Part shown: in pieces, positions 37,287-47,656 of the stretch
How the letters are laid out: the number at the start of each line of letters is the position of its first letter
Position numbering within the stretch: the stretch's first letter is position 1
From: Candidatus Pacearchaeota archaeon
GTDB lineage: Archaea > Nanobdellota > Nanobdellia > Pacearchaeales > GW2011-AR1
Direction: 5' to 3'
NCBI GenBank assembly: GCA_009694725.1
Contig: SICV01000002.1
Location: 26,966-90,965 of the forward strand
Length of the DNA stretch: 64,000 bases
Notes under the pieces: model-generated
Told to the model about the DNA's origin: nothing
The model's database searches: none
What the model saw: only the letters and a program-made list of their open reading frames with translations
Translations under genes and position numbers: made by a program

Positions 37287-37395
37287 CTATAACTCCTTTC
37301 TCTCCTTTGAAAAGAAAAGGGGAACCAGGCCCTATAACTCCTTTCTCTCCTTTGAAAAGAAAAGGGGAACCAGGCCCTATAACTCCTTTCTCTCC
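37287..37395. repeat. 45-bp tandem repeat, 2.4 copies
   Basis: ctataactcctttctctcctttgaaaagaaaaggggaaccaggcc at 37287, 37332 and 37377 (partial). Confidence 0.92.
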
Positions 37396-37501
37396 AGATA
37401 TGGAAAGAATCTTGTCTGTATTGGGTGATTTTGAGCGTTCAAAAAGCTTTGTTTTTCTTCTAACGGTACGCTTAAATAGGGTTTTTTATATTGTTTTTTA
37501 C

Positions 37502-37573
37502 GGTCCTGTCGTCTAACGGTTATGACACATCTTTGACGTGGATGGGGCCCCAGTTCAATTCTGGGCAGGACCA
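37502..37573 (+). tRNA. tRNA-Val(GAC)
   Basis: catct-ttGACgt-ggatg anticodon arm; full cloverleaf. Confidence 0.88.
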
Positions 37574-37614
37574 CTTCTTTCTACATTTTTCCTTCCTTTG
37601 TTGTCTGTGTGATT

Positions 37615-37662
37615 TTACTTACTAAGTAAGATAGTAAGTAAGTTACTAATAAGTTTTATATA
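37615..37662 (+). promoter_or_regulatory. Inverted-repeat operator plus TATA box
   Basis: TTACTTACT-N9-AGTAAGTAA (37615-37641), then TTTTATATA (37654-37662). Confidence 0.6.
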
Positions 37663-37694
37663 GTAGGGTAGAGTGTGGATGCAGAGGAGAGAGG

Positions 37695-37829
37695 ATGAAG
37701 AAATACTTACTATTAGTTGAGGATGAGCGCATATGGGAGCAGTTTAAGAAAGTGATTAGCCAGGATTTGAATACAGAGATTTTGCAGTTAATTCGCGAGA
37801 AGGTGGGGGTATCACATGGGAAAAAATAG
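37695..37829 (+). CDS. 44-aa ribbon-helix-helix-like protein (not in the ORF track)
   Basis: MKKYLLLVEDERIWEQFKKVISQDLNTEILQLIREKV; GAGGAG upstream; overlaps the next start. Confidence 0.6.
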   Translation: MKKYLLLVEDERIWEQFKKVISQDLNTEILQLIREKVGVSHGKK

Positions 37830-39639
37830 GGGGCAGACGGTCACGCTCTTTGTTATCATTGCGTTGGTCTTTGTGGGTGGTATTGCTGGATATTTTGCGG
37901 TGCAGAAGGGATTGTTAGGTACTCAAGACACTGAATCATTTAGTGCGGTGTATCAGTATTATGATCAGTGTGTACAACAAGCCCTTCAGGAAGGGGTTGA
38001 GCTTGCAGGATTGCAAGGGGGATGGATATATGTCCCGGATTATATTGAAGGAAGTACGCGGTATCCAAGTGGATCGCAGCTTTCTTTCTTAGGACAAGGC
38101 ATTCCCTATTGGTTATATGTTTCTGGAAATGGACAATTAGTTGAGCAGGTACCGACTAAAACGCAGATGGAACAAGGTATTGCGCGCTATATCAAAGAGG
38201 AAGTTGCTTTGTGTGATTTTGGTCCTTTATACGTACAAGAGTATGAAATTGGATCAACGGTTGACACGGTGACGGTCAGGGTTGGTGAAGGAACGGTTGA
38301 TGCTGTGGTAAAGGGAGAACTTTTGGTTGCGCGCGATGGACAGGAAGCACGAGTTTCTTCTCGTAGTTATTCAGAAGCAAGTCAGTTAGGTGCACTGTAT
38401 CTTCAAGCACTTGCCTGGTATCAGTCTGAAAAAGAAAGTGCTCTTTTGGAAAATTATACTCGTGATGTGTTGGTTAATTATGCTCCGGTTGATGGGGTTG
38501 AAGTGAAGTGTGGTCCGCAGGTATGGGAAACACGAAAGGTAGTGGATACACTTCGTGAAGGAATAAGTGCTAATCTGGGGGCATTGTCTTCCGAACGAAC
38601 AGGGTATTTCAAAGTAGTTGGAGAAGGAACGGCTCCGGTTCGTTTTATGAGTGATTCTTCCTGGCCAGGGCGAGTTGAAATTTATGGGGAGGGCGTTTCT
38701 CAGGAAGTGATGCTTGCACAGCCCATTGGTACACAACAGGGATTAGGGGCACTTGGCTTTTGTTATGTGCCGTATCATTTTGTGTATGATATTGTTCATC
38801 CAGTGCTAGTACAATTTGGAGAAGGAGATGGTGATCTTTTTCAATTTCCGTTGATTCTTGTTATTGATAAAAACCTTCCTCGTCAGGGATTGAGTGGAGA
38901 GATTGAGCAAGGGCCTTCTCAGGATTTGTGTTTACAGCTAACTGAGGAACTTTCTATTCGTGTTTCAGATGTTGCTTTAGAACCTGTCCTCAATGTAACT
39001 GTTTCTTATTCTTGTTTTGATCAGGAGTGTCGGGTTGGAGAAGGGAATGGCGTTGTGCAGGGTAAGGCACCAGGATGTGTGAATGGACAGCTCGTTGTTC
39101 GTGCTCCCGGTTATCAGGAGAAATCACTTTTGTTTTCTTCTACTGAGGAAGAAGAAGCAGATATTATTCTTGATAAAACGTATCCTGTTCGAGTAGCATT
39201 GTTTGCGGGGGGGAAGGAAGTTGGGGAGACAGGGATTGTTTCGTTCCACGGTACTGCACAGTCTACTGCAGTTGTTCCTTCTCAAACCGAGGTTTCTTTG
39301 GTTGAAGGTTTGTATAATGTGAGTGTATTGGTGTATGGGAATACGAGTATTCAGCTTGAAGCTTCAACAACTCAGCAGTGTGTGGATGTACCTATTGGAG
39401 GGATCGGGGGACTCTTTGGGGGAACAAAGGAGCAGTGCTTTAGTGTGACTATTCCTGCAAGTACGGTTGAGTATGCATTATTGGGTGGAGGAGAGAGTAC
39501 CGTGTATTTGTTCCCTGCAGATTTAGAAGATGGACAAGTGCGTATTGATATCCCTGCTCTTCAGAAACCAACCTCTTTGACTCAGTTACAAACCTTTTAT
39601 GATCAATTTACTACTCAATCTGCGATGGTGACTCCATGA
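37816..39639 (+). CDS. 607-aa class III signal peptide surface protein
   Basis: MGKNRG/QTVTLFVIIAL; GLQGGW; several Cys; beta-rich C-terminus. Confidence 0.85.
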   Translation: MGKNRGQTVTLFVIIALVFVGGIAGYFAVQKGLLGTQDTESFSAVYQYYDQCVQQALQEGVELAGLQGGWIYVPDYIEGSTRYPSGSQLSFLGQGIPYWLYVSGNGQLVEQVPTKTQMEQGIARYIKEEVALCDFGPLYVQEYEIGSTVDTVTVRVGEGTVDAVVKGELLVARDGQEARVSSRSYSEASQLGALYLQALAWYQSEKESALLENYTRDVLVNYAPVDGVEVKCGPQVWETRKVVDTLREGISANLGALSSERTGYFKVVGEGTAPVRFMSDSSWPGRVEIYGEGVSQEVMLAQPIGTQQGLGALGFCYVPYHFVYDIVHPVLVQFGEGDGDLFQFPLILVIDKNLPRQGLSGEIEQGPSQDLCLQLTEELSIRVSDVALEPVLNVTVSYSCFDQECRVGEGNGVVQGKAPGCVNGQLVVRAPGYQEKSLLFSSTEEEEADIILDKTYPVRVALFAGGKEVGETGIVSFHGTAQSTAVVPSQTEVSLVEGLYNVSVLVYGNTSIQLEASTTQQCVDVPIGGIGGLFGGTKEQCFSVTIPASTVEYALLGGGESTVYLFPADLEDGQVRIDIPALQKPTSLTQLQTFYDQFTTQSAMVTP

Positions 39640-42600
39640 GATATTGGCTTTTTCTTTTTGCTTGTCTGTTTGTGTTGCCCTCTGTGTATGCTGGATCTGC
39701 GTCATTTGTTACGAATCAGTATACGCAGCCTAGTTTCAATACGTATTATGGGGGGAGTATTGGCACGTATTGGCCTATTTTGGATGAGAAAGAGCAATGT
39801 TTGGCTCGGCAAGATGTCTTGATGCAGGTTGCTCCTGCAGGCTGTCAACCGTCGGTTGTGCGGAGTGATCTTCTTGCTGAACAAAATGTGCCCGTGTTCT
39901 GTCAATTGAATGCGTTACAGATTAATCCGTTAGTGACTATTAAGGAACTTGAAAGCATACGATTCACCGGGAATTATCCGAAAGAAGTGAGCAGTGTCGG
40001 GTTCCACCCTGCTCGTGCAGCATTACGAACACGAGACCAATTATTGGGAGATCCGTTACTGAATAATGTAGGGTATGTCGTGATTGTATTAAAGAAACAA
40101 CCGAAAGAATCAGAGTTGCCCAGTTCAGTGAAGCTGATGCTTTCTGCAAACATCAAATATGATGCGGGGAATGCACGCGGGGTAGGAAAATCTGAATTTT
40201 TATTGACTGAACAGAGCGATGAGGAATGGACGCAAGCACAAAAAGAGGGGAGACAGGGATTTTTCAATGGTAAGTATCAGGTTCGACTTGAAGATGCAGA
40301 TGTGCGCGGAGCGACAGTCGGTATTTATTCAGGAGTACGTAAACTTGGAGAAGCACAGGTTGAGCAAGGGAAACAATCTTCTGAAATCTTTTTACCCGGT
40401 AGTTATTGTCGTGCAGGCGTACGTGCTGAATTGCTGGGCTATGAGATTGGTAAAGAACGAGCAACCTTACGTATTACTGGAACATACGGGACTGAAACTG
40501 TTGATGTGTACCAAGGGAGTAGTTTCTTACAGGGGCAGTGTCGCTTGACCCGGTTAGTGATTGATAATCGTACGGGGAGAACGGGAGAAGTGGAGATTAA
40601 ATGTGCGAGTGCTAAAGCGTTCAAATTGAAATTATTGCCGAATGCAGGGGTGTATGAGGTCTTTACTCTTGATGATGGTTCGTTGATTACTCCTTCTCAA
40701 ACAGGGGAGATTGATTTCGGACAACGAACTCCTGCTTATACCTCAGGGAGATTTCGTCTGAGCAGCATTGGAGCATTGCAACATTATAATCAAACAGCTC
40801 AAGGACAGGGATGGGTGAATCTCTCTTTGACTGGTTCTGGAGAACAGGTTCTCTGGTATCGAGCTTTGTTGGTTGGTTTGCAAGAGCATCTGAAACAACA
40901 GAAAACACAGAATACTCCCACTCCGAAGGTATTACGTGAAAAGAGTTATGCTTCAGATATTGAAGCAAACTTTAGCGCCACCATTGCTTCATATCGTGCG
41001 GTTGCGCAGCAGTATCCGGGAGAGAAAGGAACTGACTTGGAAGGTATTGAAACGTATGGGGAGCAAGCCTTGTACCGTGCGGCACAGCTTGCAGGTTCAT
41101 ATGGAAAACAAAGTACACAAGCGACGTTATTACAAGAGTTACTGACTACGTACCCCGACTCTGTATCCTTTATTCGTTATCAACAAGAATTGACTCAGTT
41201 AAGTGAGATTGATGGGTCTGAATCAAGTGCCGTACTTTCTCTGCAAAATGTGTATCGTACGATTACGCTGACGAGCTTGATTCGTCCTGCTCAAACTGCC
41301 TCCGTTCGATTACAGATTAATAATGAGCCGGTGATTTTACACGTTGGGGAAAATTGGACACGAGATTCTGGGTTTATTCGATTGTCTCGTTTAGAAGCAG
41401 ACCGGGTTTTACTTGAAACAAATTGTGCGTTTAATGTGCGTCGTGCTGAAACTTCCTTTGTTCAAGTAGAAGAACGTTCAGGAAGGGGAGGGGTACGAAC
41501 GGTAACAATGGGTGAAAATGATGATGGGACGATTTGTGGGCGGGGAGTACGTATTGCTGAAATTGATAGTGAGAAACTTGCACGTATTCGATTGACGACG
41601 AGTGCTGAACGTACTGAGACGACTACGAATGTGTCTGTGCAGATAGGGATTGAAAAACGTGCAATTCAATTATCTCCCGCGAAAACTGCGGAACGTATTG
41701 GAAACTTGAATAAAAGCATTCAGAAATGGGATCAATTGAACAAAAATGTGGGGAAGGTTGTTACGACCATGAAAGCAGCCTGTTTTGCTACGGCTGGGGT
41801 GTTGACGGTGAAGAATTTCTTTGCTGGTTTAAGCGGGAAAGGATTCGCGCGGAAAGAAGCGATGAACGGAGCGAATGGGTGGACTGAATTCTGTCGGAAA
41901 CAGGTTGGTGCTGGAACAGATGGTTTGCGGACGTTTGATCAGTGTTATCTCAAGTATGCTCCCGATATCGATGCAGATGTAGCGAAGCGAGATGCTGCGG
42001 TGAAACAAGTAAATGCACGTATTACGGCCATTCAAAAACAGGACGGGGTGAAGACTTCGGAAGGGTTCTTTGGTGATTCTGTGAATACTGATGAAGCTGC
42101 GAAGCGGTATCGTACGGAGTTACAAAATACCTATGGCGATACATTAAAGGGTGTTTCTCTTGAACATGCAAGTTACACTGAATTACGTGAATTAGATATG
42201 AATCTCTTACTCCAACAGCAGGGAGGAGGGAGTGAGCAATTACAGAAAGATGCGCGTGTCAAATTAGAAGGTATTCAGAAGAGTGCGGCTGGTCAAGCTC
42301 TTCTTGCTCAACAGCTTAAAGCGGATGCAGAAGTTGCACAACGGGGAGATATTCGAGGGTTGGTTGTTGCTCCAAATTCTCAATTACCTCGACAAGCAGC
42401 GATTATTTCTCAAGCTGCGGTGAATACGACTGGAGCACTGTATTATGCAGGAGACTTCAAGTATTATACAAAAGTTATTGCAACAGGTTCGTCTGATGCT
42501 CAAGGTAATACCTATGGTTCTGATACCTATGGATTAGGACTTGCTAAGCAATCTGACGGCACGTATGTTGTACAAGAAGTCTTTCAATCAGATGGCACTC

Positions 42601-45600
42601 CCTTACCTGCTGGTGAACGAGAACGCTTTATTACGCAGTATAATGTTGGCTCCTTCAAAGATAGTGCCTCTTCGAATTGGGAGAAGTACAAGTGGGATAA
42701 GCCAGTTATCCAGTATTATGAGACTGATCCGTATAAAGGGTTGCCTGCATTAGTGCCAGTTGATCCTGATCATGGGTGGTATGCAGCAACGAAACAAACC
42801 TTGCCTGCCTTTGGAGGGCTTGCAGGGTGGGAGAGTTCAGGCAGAGTAGCGAGCTTTTACTTATGTAATGTGGGAGAGAATCGAAAACCTGATGTGTTCA
42901 ATGGGTATAATGATGATAGTTGTACGTTGATTAATCTTGCTTCTGGCCAAGCAGCTGATAAAGTGCCCGGTGTTTCAGAAACACGTGCACAACAGTTAGT
43001 GAAACAAGCTCGTGAAGCATTAGAAGAAGCTGCTCGGGCGCATAAGCAGGGAGCAAAGAGCCTACGACTGCAAGGAAGTCAGCATAAAACGCCTTATGCA
43101 GTTGAGAAACCTGCTGTTTCGGTGCCGGGTGTGCAATGTCAAGACTTTATGAGTCCAACCGAATGTAATTTGTTGTTTAATGTGTGTGATCCGGTGATTT
43201 GCCCGGCGAGTCGGTGTGATTTTGGAGGGAAATATCCTGTCCAGGATGTTATCCAATCAGGTATTATTGGAAGTACGTTGTTGTGTATGCCTAATTTCCC
43301 TGAAGTGAAGATACCGGTGTGTTTGAGCGGTATTCATGCAGGGATTGATGCGTATACGAAGATTTTGCAAGCGCATCGGGATTGTTTACAGGAAAGTTTG
43401 ACATCGGGACGAATGGTGGGCATTTGTGATCAAATTTATTCGATTTATAGCTGTGAATTCTTCTGGCGGCAACTTAGTCCGATTGCTAATTTAGTGGTAC
43501 CTAAATTATTTGAACAAGCTCAAGGGCAGGGAGCACGAGGAGGGGGAGAATATTTGACGGTTCAGAATGCTTGGACAAACACAAAGCAAAGTACGGATTA
43601 TTTGACTACTGTATATGGGGTGAATGCGTTTAAAGCATTCCAGGCACGAAGTACCGAGGAAGTTGGTGGGGAAGTGTGTAAAGGGTTTATATCTGGTACC
43701 TTCCCTGGGAGTTTCAAAAGTTTAGTACAACCCGATAGTCCAGTGCAATTTAATGCTTTTTTCAGCACTATTAAGTATACGGATGCAACGGTACCGGCGA
43801 CCTCCCAGTATAAGGTGTTTTATCATATTTATGCGGGGAAGGATCAGGGCATTAGTTATCGTGTGTTTTTGAAGAATCCCCCTGCAACGAGTTATTATGC
43901 TTCTCAGCCCACTATTCAAGTGAGCTCGGGTTTCATTGGGAAAGGATTGTTTAAAGATGAGACCAAAGACTTCACGGCTCCGGAAGGATACCAAGAATTA
44001 TGTGTCGTCATTAATGGGGATGAACGGTGCGGATTCAAACAAGTGTCTACTTCCTTTGCGGTGAATCAATTGCGGGATGCAGTGGTGGCAGATGAATTGA
44101 AGAATACCAATATTGCGAGTGAACAAGCGTGTATTTCAGGTACGGTGAGTGCGGCTGCTTTGTTGAATCCTAATTTGAATCAAATGGCTGATGAAGCTGC
44201 TGATCCGGCGATCTATCGCCGCGGGATCATTCGAGTGTGTTCGAGTGGGAACCCAGGTCAAACAACTGATCCGAGTCGGTTTGCGGATGTGGGATATTGT
44301 GGGGATATGAAATTGCGGTGTTGGTTAGATCGACAAAGCGTGCAGAATGCTATCACTGATGTCAATAAAGGGGTTAAGAATGAAACCTATCAGTGGTTTG
44401 CGAATCAAACTCTTGCCAATCTTCAGAAAGATGGGAAAGTATTAGGTGCTGATGCGGGCTTTTCGGAATTGACGCGTCTTGAGGGTGTGGTGAGTGGCCT
44501 TGAGAATTATCAAGGGCAGAAATCGAGGTTATCTGCTGATCAGTCTACTCGTCTGGGATTGTTATTCCTTGAATTTGGACAGACGAAAGAAGCGTTGTTC
44601 TTTAATCATCATCGTGCACGTTTGGGGTGGTTAGTGGGACGAGCACAGGAAGTCTTGTTTAAACATACGTTTGCGGCACGGGCGGACGATACTAGACAGA
44701 CTGGGCAATTGGATAAGGGGATATTGGTACGTGAGAATGGGCGTGTGTGGGAAATTCGTTTTGATCGATCGCAACCGTGGGAGTCTTTTGATTCATTCTT
44801 GTCTAGTAACGATTATGCTCAACAATTAAGTGCATTCCAGAGAGCATTGGTTGATTATCTTCAGATTACTGATCCTGAAGAAGCACATATTACGTTACTT
44901 GGAGGTTCGGGCAGGGCGCAAGGAGTTACGGTAACTTCGACAAATGAGACTGAACAAGCATATTACTATATCCCCTTTGGTGATTCGCCGAGTTCTTCTG
45001 ATGTGGGGACGAATGGTAATCCTGCGGTTGCTGCTCAAGATGCTGCTGGTGCGGGTTCTTCTGGAACGGCGGGAGTTGGTGGCGCTCAGGGAGTTACACC
45101 CGTTATCTCAGTTTCTCGTATTATTTGTACGTTAGCTACGACGAGTGAACTTGATGCTCCTGCGGTTCATTTTGGCTTTAATACGGTGATCAGTAAATGG
45201 GAATGGTCTTTCGACAAAAAGAATTGGAATGCATTGACTGAAATATATGGAATACACGAAGACACCGACCAATCTTTTCAATTGTCTGGGAATGCTTCTT
45301 TAGTTGCTCAAGCATTGCAGTCTACGTCTTCCTTTGCTGTTGGAAAAATTGATTTACAGAAGTATGGGGCGACGGGAGAATGTCTTACTGCTTCGACACC
45401 TGTTGTAGCCGGAACAACTTCTCCTTCTGGAATAGCTGCGGGTTCTTCTCTTTCTGGAGAGTTATTTTTACATTTCACTTCTCAAGGAGTATGGAAGGTT
45501 TCTTTGCGAAGTGCAACTGGCATAGCTTATTCTCTTGACGCTTTCAATGAGCTTTTCTTGGGTTCCGCAGGTCTTTCTCTTGAATATCTTCCCCTTCTTG

Positions 45601-46226
45601 AATCACTCAAAGAAACAACGTCTTATTTAGAAGCCCAATCGATTTTACGTAGTGAATGGGAACCTCGAGGATTTACTATTCAAGAACGTAGTTCAGACAA
45701 TCTTTTTGCGATTACGTATGGTAATGCTCCTGTTGTCTCCCCTACGTCTGGGGTTACCCCTTCGGGAGCTACCCCTCATACTCCTCGTACTTCTAACGTT
45801 GCTAAGCCTTTAGGCGCATTTCGTTTAGATACCTCTTTGCCTCGCATGGGCGCTGAGGAAAATCGCATTTCGGCGATAAGTTCTACCAAGAAACTTATTG
45901 ATACTTCTTTTTATATTGTTAAGAAAGGGACGTTGTTTACGGTGAAATATCGTGCGACGGTATCAGGGGCTAATTGGTTTGGAAGAGATTTGGAAGTTGG
46001 GCGAGCATTTATTGGGACAGAGGGCGGAACGGGAGATGGGGGAGTGCTTGAAGTTACGTTACAACCGGTGTTGAGTCGTATTCCAAGTGCTGAACGAACT
46101 GATGCGGTGAAGTATGCACGATTATTACATGAAGGAATTATTGATGGGGTTGAGATTTACTCTCAAGATGCATTACCACAAGAACAGACAATTACTGGTG
46201 GAAAAACTGGCGGAAAAGGGTTCTGA
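39636..46226 (+). CDS. Giant 2196-aa Cys-rich secreted/surface protein
   Basis: N-terminal signal peptide, dense Cys clusters, TPR-like segment, G/S/T/P linkers. Confidence 0.88.
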   Translation: MRYWLFLFACLFVLPSVYAGSASFVTNQYTQPSFNTYYGGSIGTYWPILDEKEQCLARQDVLMQVAPAGCQPSVVRSDLLAEQNVPVFCQLNALQINPLVTIKELESIRFTGNYPKEVSSVGFHPARAALRTRDQLLGDPLLNNVGYVVIVLKKQPKESELPSSVKLMLSANIKYDAGNARGVGKSEFLLTEQSDEEWTQAQKEGRQGFFNGKYQVRLEDADVRGATVGIYSGVRKLGEAQVEQGKQSSEIFLPGSYCRAGVRAELLGYEIGKERATLRITGTYGTETVDVYQGSSFLQGQCRLTRLVIDNRTGRTGEVEIKCASAKAFKLKLLPNAGVYEVFTLDDGSLITPSQTGEIDFGQRTPAYTSGRFRLSSIGALQHYNQTAQGQGWVNLSLTGSGEQVLWYRALLVGLQEHLKQQKTQNTPTPKVLREKSYASDIEANFSATIASYRAVAQQYPGEKGTDLEGIETYGEQALYRAAQLAGSYGKQSTQATLLQELLTTYPDSVSFIRYQQELTQLSEIDGSESSAVLSLQNVYRTITLTSLIRPAQTASVRLQINNEPVILHVGENWTRDSGFIRLSRLEADRVLLETNCAFNVRRAETSFVQVEERSGRGGVRTVTMGENDDGTICGRGVRIAEIDSEKLARIRLTTSAERTETTTNVSVQIGIEKRAIQLSPAKTAERIGNLNKSIQKWDQLNKNVGKVVTTMKAACFATAGVLTVKNFFAGLSGKGFARKEAMNGANGWTEFCRKQVGAGTDGLRTFDQCYLKYAPDIDADVAKRDAAVKQVNARITAIQKQDGVKTSEGFFGDSVNTDEAAKRYRTELQNTYGDTLKGVSLEHASYTELRELDMNLLLQQQGGGSEQLQKDARVKLEGIQKSAAGQALLAQQLKADAEVAQRGDIRGLVVAPNSQLPRQAAIISQAAVNTTGALYYAGDFKYYTKVIATGSSDAQGNTYGSDTYGLGLAKQSDGTYVVQEVFQSDGTPLPAGERERFITQYNVGSFKDSASSNWEKYKWDKPVIQYYETDPYKGLPALVPVDPDHGWYAATKQTLPAFGGLAGWESSGRVASFYLCNVGENRKPDVFNGYNDDSCTLINLASGQAADKVPGVSETRAQQLVKQAREALEEAARAHKQGAKSLRLQGSQHKTPYAVEKPAVSVPGVQCQDFMSPTECNLLFNVCDPVICPASRCDFGGKYPVQDVIQSGIIGSTLLCMPNFPEVKIPVCLSGIHAGIDAYTKILQAHRDCLQESLTSGRMVGICDQIYSIYSCEFFWRQLSPIANLVVPKLFEQAQGQGARGGGEYLTVQNAWTNTKQSTDYLTTVYGVNAFKAFQARSTEEVGGEVCKGFISGTFPGSFKSLVQPDSPVQFNAFFSTIKYTDATVPATSQYKVFYHIYAGKDQGISYRVFLKNPPATSYYASQPTIQVSSGFIGKGLFKDETKDFTAPEGYQELCVVINGDERCGFKQVSTSFAVNQLRDAVVADELKNTNIASEQACISGTVSAAALLNPNLNQMADEAADPAIYRRGIIRVCSSGNPGQTTDPSRFADVGYCGDMKLRCWLDRQSVQNAITDVNKGVKNETYQWFANQTLANLQKDGKVLGADAGFSELTRLEGVVSGLENYQGQKSRLSADQSTRLGLLFLEFGQTKEALFFNHHRARLGWLVGRAQEVLFKHTFAARADDTRQTGQLDKGILVRENGRVWEIRFDRSQPWESFDSFLSSNDYAQQLSAFQRALVDYLQITDPEEAHITLLGGSGRAQGVTVTSTNETEQAYYYIPFGDSPSSSDVGTNGNPAVAAQDAAGAGSSGTAGVGGAQGVTPVISVSRIICTLATTSELDAPAVHFGFNTVISKWEWSFDKKNWNALTEIYGIHEDTDQSFQLSGNASLVAQALQSTSSFAVGKIDLQKYGATGECLTASTPVVAGTTSPSGIAAGSSLSGELFLHFTSQGVWKVSLRSATGIAYSLDAFNELFLGSAGLSLEYLPLLESLKETTSYLEAQSILRSEWEPRGFTIQERSSDNLFAITYGNAPVVSPTSGVTPSGATPHTPRTSNVAKPLGAFRLDTSLPRMGAEENRISAISSTKKLIDTSFYIVKKGTLFTVKYRATVSGANWFGRDLEVGRAFIGTEGGTGDGGVLEVTLQPVLSRIPSAERTDAVKYARLLHEGIIDGVEIYSQDALPQEQTITGGKTGGKGF

Positions 46227-46233
46227 TTAAAGA

Positions 46234-47058
46234 TTATAATCCGCGACCAGTTGATGCTGGAGGGTTGGTTGTAGGTACTTGGTTTGTACGCGCGAAGTAT
46301 TTTTCTTGAGGGATTGTAACTGCGCGGTATACGATTGCATTTGTGCCTTTTCGTTGCATACGCATGATTCCTTCAGGGGAATAGGTTTGTTGTGCATCTG
46401 TTTTAATGAGCGCAAAGGGTACTGCGTTTGTTGCAGGGAGTGCTTCTGATTGCTTGGTAAGGTCATTGTCAACATGATAGGGTGTGCCGTTGAGTGTCGC
46501 AATTTCAAGTGTGCGATTCATACGTACTTTAAGACCTTGTGCTGTCCCGGAGTGTTTGGCATTAAGGTTTGTATTGAGATAGGTTCGGGTTGCAGAGAGT
46601 TTGTCTGATCCGTTGGTGGGGAATTGCCAGCCTTTGATTGGTTCACCGTTTGCAGTGTAGTTAACCGGAACGAAGACGTAGAGAGGGCTATCAATAAGAG
46701 CGGTGTTAGTACCGTTGTTCAGGACAAGGGTGCTGTTATTGAGTGCTTGGAGCGTGAAATCAAGTTCTCCTGCGTGGGGGCGATCATTCGTATTAACTAC
46801 ATAGGGCTTTCCTTCCCACATGAAGAGACGCGCGTTTACTTTTTGTGTGGTGTGGTCTTGATGGAATCCTACTGAAGATTCAAGAGAAGAGGGTACGTTA
46901 TAGGTATTGGTATGTGTGTGTGTTACGATTGCAGGTTGTGCTTGAGATTGAGGTTGCGAACTTTCAGGTGTAGATGATTTCTTACAGGATGCTGCACCTA
47001 CAATTGCACCGACAACAGTCAGTCCAAGTATCGTTGGTATTGCGTTTCTTATAGCCAT
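46234..47058 (-). CDS. Secreted, possibly lipid-anchored hypothetical protein
   Basis: Hydrophobic leader ending GAASC; T/N-rich. Confidence 0.7.
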   Translation of the reverse strand: MAIRNAIPTILGLTVVGAIVGAASCKKSSTPESSQPQSQAQPAIVTHTHTNTYNVPSSLESSVGFHQDHTTQKVNARLFMWEGKPYVVNTNDRPHAGELDFTLQALNNSTLVLNNGTNTALIDSPLYVFVPVNYTANGEPIKGWQFPTNGSDKLSATRTYLNTNLNAKHSGTAQGLKVRMNRTLEIATLNGTPYHVDNDLTKQSEALPATNAVPFALIKTDAQQTYSPEGIMRMQRKGTNAIVYRAVTIPQEKYFARTNQVPTTNPPASTGRGL

Positions 47059-47158
47059 ATGTTTTTTTACTTCTCCACCTATTTAAATCTATCTCTTGTT
47101 GTATCTTTTAAGGAGTTACAGATAGATTTAAAGGGAGATTTTGTGAGCTTCTTATAAC

Positions 47159-47242
47159 GCGGGGATGCCGGAGCGGTCTAACGGGCTTGGCTTAGGACCA
47201 AGTGGCTTAGTGCCTTCGGAGGTTCGAATCCTCCTCCCCGCA
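47159..47242 (+). tRNA. tRNA-Leu(TAG)
   Basis: cttgg-ctTAGga-ccaag; long variable arm. Confidence 0.93.
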
Positions 47243-47358
47243 TATTCTTTTCAGAATAAGGGTGAGGAGATAGATTCTCACCTTACCAACTCTGTCGAGT
47301 TGTAAGCACTCATGAACTGATCGTTCCTGGTGGCATGCAAAACAAGATGTTTTGCAGC

Positions 47359-47380
47359 GTTCGAATCCTCCTCCCCGCAT
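47359..47380 (+). repeat. 22-bp direct repeat of the tRNA-Leu 3' end
   Basis: gttcgaatcctcctccccgcat at 47222-47243 and 47359-47380. Confidence 0.9.
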
Positions 47381-47391
47381 TTCATCATAAC

Positions 47392-47419
47392 TTATATAAA
47401 GTAAGGAAATTCTTACTTT
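47392..47419 (+). promoter_or_regulatory. TATA box and palindromic operator of the TA pair
   Basis: TTATATAAA overlapping AAAGTAAG-N6-CTTACTTT. Confidence 0.6.
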
Positions 47420-47422
47420 ACT

Positions 47423-47656
47423 ATGGAAACTAAAATTATTCGCGTTACAGATAAAGGGCAGATTTCTTTACCGGTGAGTATACGAGATTCTTTATCTATT
47501 AAGCAAGGAGACGAATTACTTATTACTGCTGGTACAGAAACGGTTGTATTGCGGAAAGTGCGTAAAGAAGATTTTTCTGATTTATTGAAGCATTCTGAAA
47601 AGGTTGCAAGGAAGTTGTGGGATAATACCGAGGATGACGTTTGGAATGAAGTATAA
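47423..47656 (+). CDS. AbrB/MazE-type antitoxin
   Basis: VTDKGQISLPVSIR; WDNTEDDVWN tail. Confidence 0.85.
   Translation: METKIIRVTDKGQISLPVSIRDSLSIKQGDELLITAGTETVVLRKVRKEDFSDLLKHSEKVARKLWDNTEDDVWNEV

Noticed and set aside
37287..37395. Possible mini-CRISPR array
   Set aside because: Units are contiguous and identical with no unique spacers; no cas genes in the window.
37243..37574. ORFs over the tandem repeat and tRNAs (also 29094-29450 and 52868-53107)
   Set aside because: They are translations of tRNA or repeat sequence.
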